This document shows positions 17,201 to 20,000 of a stretch of 20,000 nt of DNA, piece after piece. The stretch lies in the IMG/VR virus record IMGVR_UViG_3300025061_000003; one strand, given 5' to 3'. A program made the position numbers and the translations under genes. The notes under the pieces were generated by a model that made no database searches, had not been told where the DNA came from, and saw only the letters and a list, made by a program, of their open reading frames with translations. Source of the DNA: an uncultured virus (IMG/VR IMGVR_UViG_3300025061_000003) (Duplodnaviria > Heunggongvirae > Uroviricota > Caudoviricetes). The first letter of the stretch is position 1, and the number at the start of each line of letters is the position of its first letter.

Positions 17201-20000
17201 TTGTTAATTGACCATTTACTTTAAAAAAGTTTAACCACGCTGTATTTGGATCAGTGTCTGCTGTAAAACAAACTCTTGATAGTGGTAAAGGCGTTGTTTC
17301 TTCTTCAATATATATTGTTACTTGTCCATTTTCTATTGCTTGACATATAGGAGTACTATAAGATAATTTTTCAAATTCATTTGGATTATCTATTCTAATA
17401 GCTGAAGCATTTGTAATTCCTGAAATATCTTTTAATGAATTATAATCATTTCCTTGAAGTCTTAATTCACCTGTTACTACTTTTATTAAATTAAGACCAT
17501 TTAAACTTGTAATATTATTATTACTTAAATCTAAATCACCTCTAACAAATTCTGTAAATGCTAAAAAATCCACATTTGTTAAATTGTTATTAGCAAAAAT
17601 TAAAGTATAAATACTATCAATACCCATAGTTCCTGTTGGTAAGTCTTGATTTGATAAATTTTGACTTGATACATTTGCTTCTTGATCTTGATTTTTCCAA
17701 TCGCTTAAAAATGAAAATGTAGTTAATTGATTAAAACTTTGATAAAACTCTAACCATTTTGCATCATTTGGAACTCCATCACAAATTCCACTTATATATG
17801 CTTTTGAATTAGAATTTCCTATATATGCGACTATTGTATTTTTTATTAAACCAAAACATAAAGGATCATAATAACTCATTTTTGGCATTATTTTAGCTTC
17901 TGGATTTTGACTTTTTCTTCTATTATAAGCCCAATTAGATGCATACAAATTTGGATTAGACATTCTTATAATCACTGGATCTTCAACTGTATTTCCCTCT
18001 ATATTTCTTATTCCACCTATATATTCTAGTAAGGGATTGTCATAAATTATTAACTCTTTTACTTTGCTTAGACTTGATAGTTGTTCTATATTTCTTGATA
18101 AAGAATTACTTGCTATATTTAATGTACCTTCAACTTCTGTTAGTCCTGATAATGGTAATAATGAGTTTATTACATTATTATCTAATAACAAATCACCATT
18201 AACTTTATTTAATCCATTTAGAAAATTTACATTATCAAACGAATTACCTGAAAAATCCAATGTGTATAATTCTGATAATCCCATGTTATAAGCGGGAACT
18301 TTATTGTTATTTAATAATTGATTATCTAATATTGCAGATTCTTCTGAATCACCCCAATCATTTAAATTTTCTAAACTTAATAATTGCTTGTTATTTTTAA
18401 AGAAAAACAACCAAGCATCTTGAGCCGACTTCACACCACTACATATTTCATTTGAAGATACGGGTATAGTTGAATTTTTTCTTGATATCTTAGTTATTCC
18501 TGTCTCTACATTACCACAAAATACAGAGTTTATGTTTGGTTTGTTTGTATATTGAGCAGGATTATCTATTATCACTTCACTTATTTTTTGAATATTTTCA
18601 AGATTTGATATATCTACTAAATTCTGATTATTACTTATATCTAGATTTTCCATTTCAACAATGTTTATTCCAGATAAAGTTGTTAATTCATTATCAGATA
18701 AATTTATATTTTTTGCTGTTATTATATTACTTAAACCATTTAAATCATTAATCTTATTATTTCTTAATATTAAATCACCTCTTAATTCATTTATTACACT
18801 CATGAAATTAATATTATTTAATTGATTATTACTTAAATCAAATGTATAAATTGTTGTTAAAGGAATATTTACATTCGGTAAATCTGAATTAAAATAATTT
18901 TTATTAATTCTTACTATTTCTTCAGAACTTTGCCAAGCTGATAAATTATCATATGATTTAAATTGATTATTTACTTTGAAAAACAATAACCACTGTTCAT
19001 CATCAGGTATATTAATACATAAATCTAATGGACTTAATTTATCTCCACCAACATTAGTAGCCACAATATTTTCGGACGCTAAACCTTGACAGAAGTTACT
19101 TGTATAATCTGGCTTTAAATTATACTGATTTGGGTTATCAAATATTACTCTTTCTGCTTGACTTAAATTTAATAGACCTCTTATATCTTTTAAATTATTA
19201 TTTTTTGATATATCCAATAATACTACTGATTCTAATTGTGATAATCCAGCAATATTTCTTAAATCATTTGATTGTAAATACAAGTTTGTTCTTATTTCTC
19301 TTACCGAACCCAAAAAGTCTATTACTCTCATATTATTTTGTGAAATATCTAAACCAAATACACTATATACACCTATCGTTGTTGGCAAATTAATAAACTC
19401 ACTATAATCAATATTTTGATTACTTAAATCCGCAAAATCATCAAATACAATCCAATCAAATATATTGTTAAAATCAGTTAACTGACCTTTACTTTGAAAA
19501 TAATTTAACCACTCTGAAAATTGTGGTACATTATCACAAATATCACTTACTTCTGCACTTAATCCTGTTGATTGAACAACAAAATCAGCTACGCCATTTA
19601 TAAATGAATTACATAATGGTGTTGAAAAATCTAATTTTTGATATTGATTTGCTTCATCTATATATATTTCATTTACGTTAAATAAATTCTCTATTGGAGT
19701 TAATTCTGTTAACGGGTTATTATTGATAAATAATCTATCAATGTTTGTTACATTTTCTAAACCATCTAACCTTCTTAAACTATTATTTGCTAAGTTTATA
19801 TCACCTTCAACTACTGTTAATCCTGAAAGTTTTGTTACATCTCTTATAAAGTTACCATTAAATACTAAGCTATCTCTTACTTCGGTAACATTTTCCATAA
19901 AGTTTAATGTAGTCAATTCATTATTGCTAAAATCTAAACGGTAAAGACTATTAACACCTAAATCACCAGCAGGTAAATCAAAATTGTTAAAACCTGCATT
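8268..20000 (-). CDS. Giant modular leucine-rich-repeat protein (>3900 aa, 5' end outside window), probably extracellular or surface-located
   Basis: Dozens of LxxLxLxxNxL-type repeats (LDLSNNNL, LNLSNNAL) grouped in 17 complete plus 1 partial modules. The frame is open to the edge (NAGFNNFDLPAGDLGVNSLYRLDFSNNE-L); stop TAA at 8270-8268. Confidence 0.92.
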   Translation of the reverse strand, partial: NAGFNNFDLPAGDLGVNSLYRLDFSNNELTTLNFMENVTEVRDSLVFNGNFIRDVTKLSGLTVVEGDINLANNSLRRLDGLENVTNIDRLFINNNPLTELTPIENLFNVNEIYIDEANQYQKLDFSTPLCNSFINGVADFVVQSTGLSAEVSDICDNVPQFSEWLNYFQSKGQLTDFNNIFDWIVFDDFADLSNQNIDYSEFINLPTTIGVYSVFGLDISQNNMRVIDFLGSVREIRTNLYLQSNDLRNIAGLSQLESVVLLDISKNNNLKDIRGLLNLSQAERVIFDNPNQYNLKPDYTSNFCQGLASENIVATNVGGDKLSPLDLCINIPDDEQWLLFFKVNNQFKSYDNLSAWQSSEEIVRINKNYFNSDLPNVNIPLTTIYTFDLSNNQLNNINFMSVINELRGDLILRNNKINDLNGLSNIITAKNINLSDNELTTLSGINIVEMENLDISNNQNLVDISNLENIQKISEVIIDNPAQYTNKPNINSVFCGNVETGITKISRKNSTIPVSSNEICSGVKSAQDAWLFFFKNNKQLLSLENLNDWGDSEESAILDNQLLNNNKVPAYNMGLSELYTLDFSGNSFDNVNFLNGLNKVNGDLLLDNNVINSLLPLSGLTEVEGTLNIASNSLSRNIEQLSSLSKVKELIIYDNPLLEYIGGIRNIEGNTVEDPVIIRMSNPNLYASNWAYNRRKSQNPEAKIMPKMSYYDPLCFGLIKNTIVAYIGNSNSKAYISGICDGVPNDAKWLEFYQSFNQLTTFSFLSDWKNQDQEANVSSQNLSNQDLPTGTMGIDSIYTLIFANNNLTNVDFLAFTEFVRGDLDLSNNNITSLNGLNLIKVVTGELRLQGNDYNSLKDISGITNASAIRIDNPNEFEKLSYSTPICQAIENGQVTIYIEEETTPLPLSRVCFTADTDPNTAWLNFFKVNGQLTNFNNLSDWESNPNKADVSTLNLTNADIPNSLMRINSLDSLDFSDNNLANAFFLNNITRVRGELDLSNNNLSNIGAVSNLKSAKILKLNGNDNVNSLLDLEFLTYAEQLVIDEPSQYTFKPETTTNFCQAIKSLSVNVFDINRKLGMKDVCSNVSSEDEWLSFFQSEHNTLNNLNSLSQWLLKNEVGAINDPKGLLNNNLPDSNLPLSSIYTLEITNQELDNLNFMQEVNTVRGSLNFNNNKISEINGLSTLNGFVENLILSNNNITEVNALNNNNFNNLNLSNNLLINVEGLNITNINDLYLNNNNINDINALLTLNSVSGVLKLNNNNDLSDITGISNVNIGKIELDSVNQYTIRPDFTAPFCQGILANTVNVEDIINNKKVYVEEICENVSDKGLWLSFFHKKGELLKLSNLDQWLSIDEVANINNKNISNADLPSSTINLSSLFTLNASNNNLTEVGFLLGLEEVRGDLLLNGNPLANLNGLEDLEEVTGIINLSNTGITDTTQLSNLRRVGRLDLSGNPNIIDLSGIENIEKGLEIYLNEPTQYELIDFTSPFCFEMSRGLVVPIVKSTSRRIYITEICNGVPNDAKWLNYLQSQGQLIGFTDLSDWERNDVTATMASKSLTVGDIPSARMPTTQIYSLNFSNNLLSNISFLNLVEVVREELNFNNNRINNIAGLGRLQKIKNLKLSNNDIESLDRMEEINEINYLNLSYNPNLDDISILRNVSGTLELRINNTAIPTLVPIENFNSLIYLDISNTPLNDISPLANLTPNTVIMKNPLELEIKPDFNSQFCQAYYNKLINVTYNGSDVYYVDICSNVPAHIAWLDFFNKENQLTNFATFDKWLNTNTTANISARNLINNRLPQQTFELSSIYDLDISYNNLENVSFLNGVATIRNNLNLEGNDLIDFTGLDTLVSINDLTVSNNPMVEFAPQELNSVNNLEINNNASLETISLPKLSTLTGNLLIENNPLLTTLENPLLTTIGGDVSINNTSLSNMNINGVDFQGALSIENNTGLTNFIQDSIAGIELDYTLNNNAFTNAIIGGGNINRSLIIENNQGLEDITINTINNLGRFLQITSNPDLTNIYIDNILNQGDNYGIIVRNNNLLKDFTINNMRYIKSSLDIYQNNSLENITLNNIERAYGELRMYNMPSLKSVNIGTINTINGDLLLYDNPLLESVIIDNIGNIEGSIVANNNDSLKTFNVSTGVSNIDFDLDLSNNLLLNTVDLGTVNRIDRDFLLNNNPKLNNLTGLANLAYVNPTRRNFAIDEPTQYTILPDYNTSFCIGITASDIIPEYNNDFVSITNLCNNVPNHALWMDIFHSYEQMRDADTIFDWELTNNTSKVDLSGNSLSENDFPSFPIDASKLYMFDISDNNFTQLDILRNLTEVRESFYAQNNLINDISSITKITRIENNFDLSNNRLISLDGFLNLNYVGNEISMHTNPSLTDISGLSNLTYAQRVEFDSPEQYLTIMEATSPFCQAVATQDIKVFIGDSNNKIAMGYLCNNADDQDLWLNLFHTYNQLPSYTEISDWETNNGIGDLSSKGFNDNQLPESPMATTSVYDLLMNNNNISNVDFMSNVTNVRRTLNFSDNQINRITGLSNITNYVNLYLQNNSISEISPLDNIQTGLVNIDLSYNELTRVPNLTNFAGLTNVYFNNNINLEDISGLTGLRNVDKLYLNNTAISNINDLENLVSANEIRFDDPNNYAPKLDYLTPFCDGIKNDIILPYYTGNLIDIRDLCNNFSDDYLWLLFFRDNGQLLTYNDISEWQTKAGIAKVTGLSLENSDLPPNLIGVTSLYTLNLSDNFIQNVNFLSDVTTIRETLNLNDNALTDISGLSNITNAQRILLANNPNIVDINSLSQLTTIVDLDLRNTGRVSLEGLTNLTTITGTLDLRNNANLVDISLFNQFTSANAIEIDEPSQYTKLVYDENIVCERINNGVVKLYNNGDRQQANAICSDAPSEFAWLDFLKAFNLNSDFDSYYSLQQWKTNDSIADLNNLGLANENLPEGNLGVDSIYSIILNNNNLNNIDFLSGVSTIRDKISLHSNQLVNIDPLVSVTNINNGDVFLYDNLLENVDGLINLGRFGGQHEPISESAGTWTGRPGADIYSINLRRNNLKNVNGLINLTEMTYADLFLDQNPTLTDITGLSNLASVTYFNHNHCANLNCATFNQNHHHWVYLDDYEQYTNKPLSGTPFCNAVKTGAVRLQASGERLALARVCNVENEWFQLFHDYNQVLWNIDLNDLVTQDLNIDLSGNGLGNEDLPLITLGVNTFYNISLANNTLTDIEFLSDVIVIRNNLDVSGNQLTTLNGLRNVTTVNNLDLSNNNLTTFEGLDSLTTVNGTVYLNENENVEDLRNISNITDTNNNYIYIDKPSQYINKPDSSSPFCQAASAGDVLVRTTERVVSYLEICDASALWLQFLQDNGQALDINELSELNNQTTPIDLSNNAFTDTDIPDGTLSIGNLLNFDISNNNITSVFFLVGLTNINEELNLSNNALTSINGLGSLENVQGDLSLNNNNIVTLEELENLNYIGGDFDISGNSPLVDISKIGDLSTLLGKLYVDEPTQYITKPDVTTPFCINVANDNIIIEVKATTRQVDVNEICSSTNEWLQYFFEQEVMLDNLELSDWITENIDADLSSRGIVSSDLPQVDINLPEIYNFDLSENEITHIDFMNDITSVNEVDFSYNNLSNITGIEELTNVNQELKINGNNNVEDLTPISKISNAVIYINNPSQYTNKPNISTPLCEAILATEVRPEDLLEGEVILKAGEVCSSTNPWMTYFYDNKVMLDYGYITDMETNDITIDLSNNAIDNSLIPTSNWNVLSIYNVNLKNNNLSHINFLGGVSEIRDRLDVSLNNLNNINGLFSLTTAGDIFLNGNNLVDISGLINLSELKGYLYLTSNPNLTDITYLENLQVNNPSFPVYLDDPSQYTRKPAVGSNFCQAVDSGSLTVVNADTSQTLTSSEICE

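Noticed and set aside
10022..19944. Plus-strand ORFs opposite the giant gene (10022, 10388, 13462, 13667, 14206, 14270, 16216, 16831, 18064, 18536, 19100, 19723)
   Set aside because: Antisense shadow ORFs with low-complexity L/F/S-rich translations and no RBS; explained by the codon bias of the LRR gene.
8268..20000. Diversity-generating retroelement or shufflon acting on the giant gene
   Set aside because: No reverse transcriptase, recombinase or near-identical template/variable repeat pair was seen; module similarity is at the protein level only.
1..20000. Alternative genetic code (stop-codon reassignment)
   Set aside because: Standard code 11 already gives dense coding, including an unbroken 11.7-kb ORF.

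Overview
Very AT-rich (roughly 25% GC by eye) prokaryotic-type DNA that looks like the accessory region of a large phage or large plasmid/mobile replicon; the exact replicon type cannot be determined here. The left 8.2 kb holds about 14 short genes, mostly orphans, many with their own near-consensus sigma70 promoter. Recognisable ones are a rhomboid intramembrane protease, a nucleoside 2-deoxyribosyltransferase-like protein, a DnaJ-type zinc-finger protein, a small lipoprotein and two signal-peptide proteins. A tnpB-only IS200/IS605-family element (5839-7403, IS608-like ends, TTAC target) with a frameshifted tnpB splits a small gene that is restored in frame when the element is removed. The right 11.7 kb is the 3' part of one giant minus-strand gene (>3900 aa, open past the window edge). 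It is built from at least 18 tandem, individually capped leucine-rich-repeat modules (Trp-rich N-cap, variable LRR number, 2-Cys C-cap). Other notable signals are a shared C-terminal [I/V/M]xxF-stop ending on unrelated small proteins and two orphan IS-end-like GC-rich hairpins.
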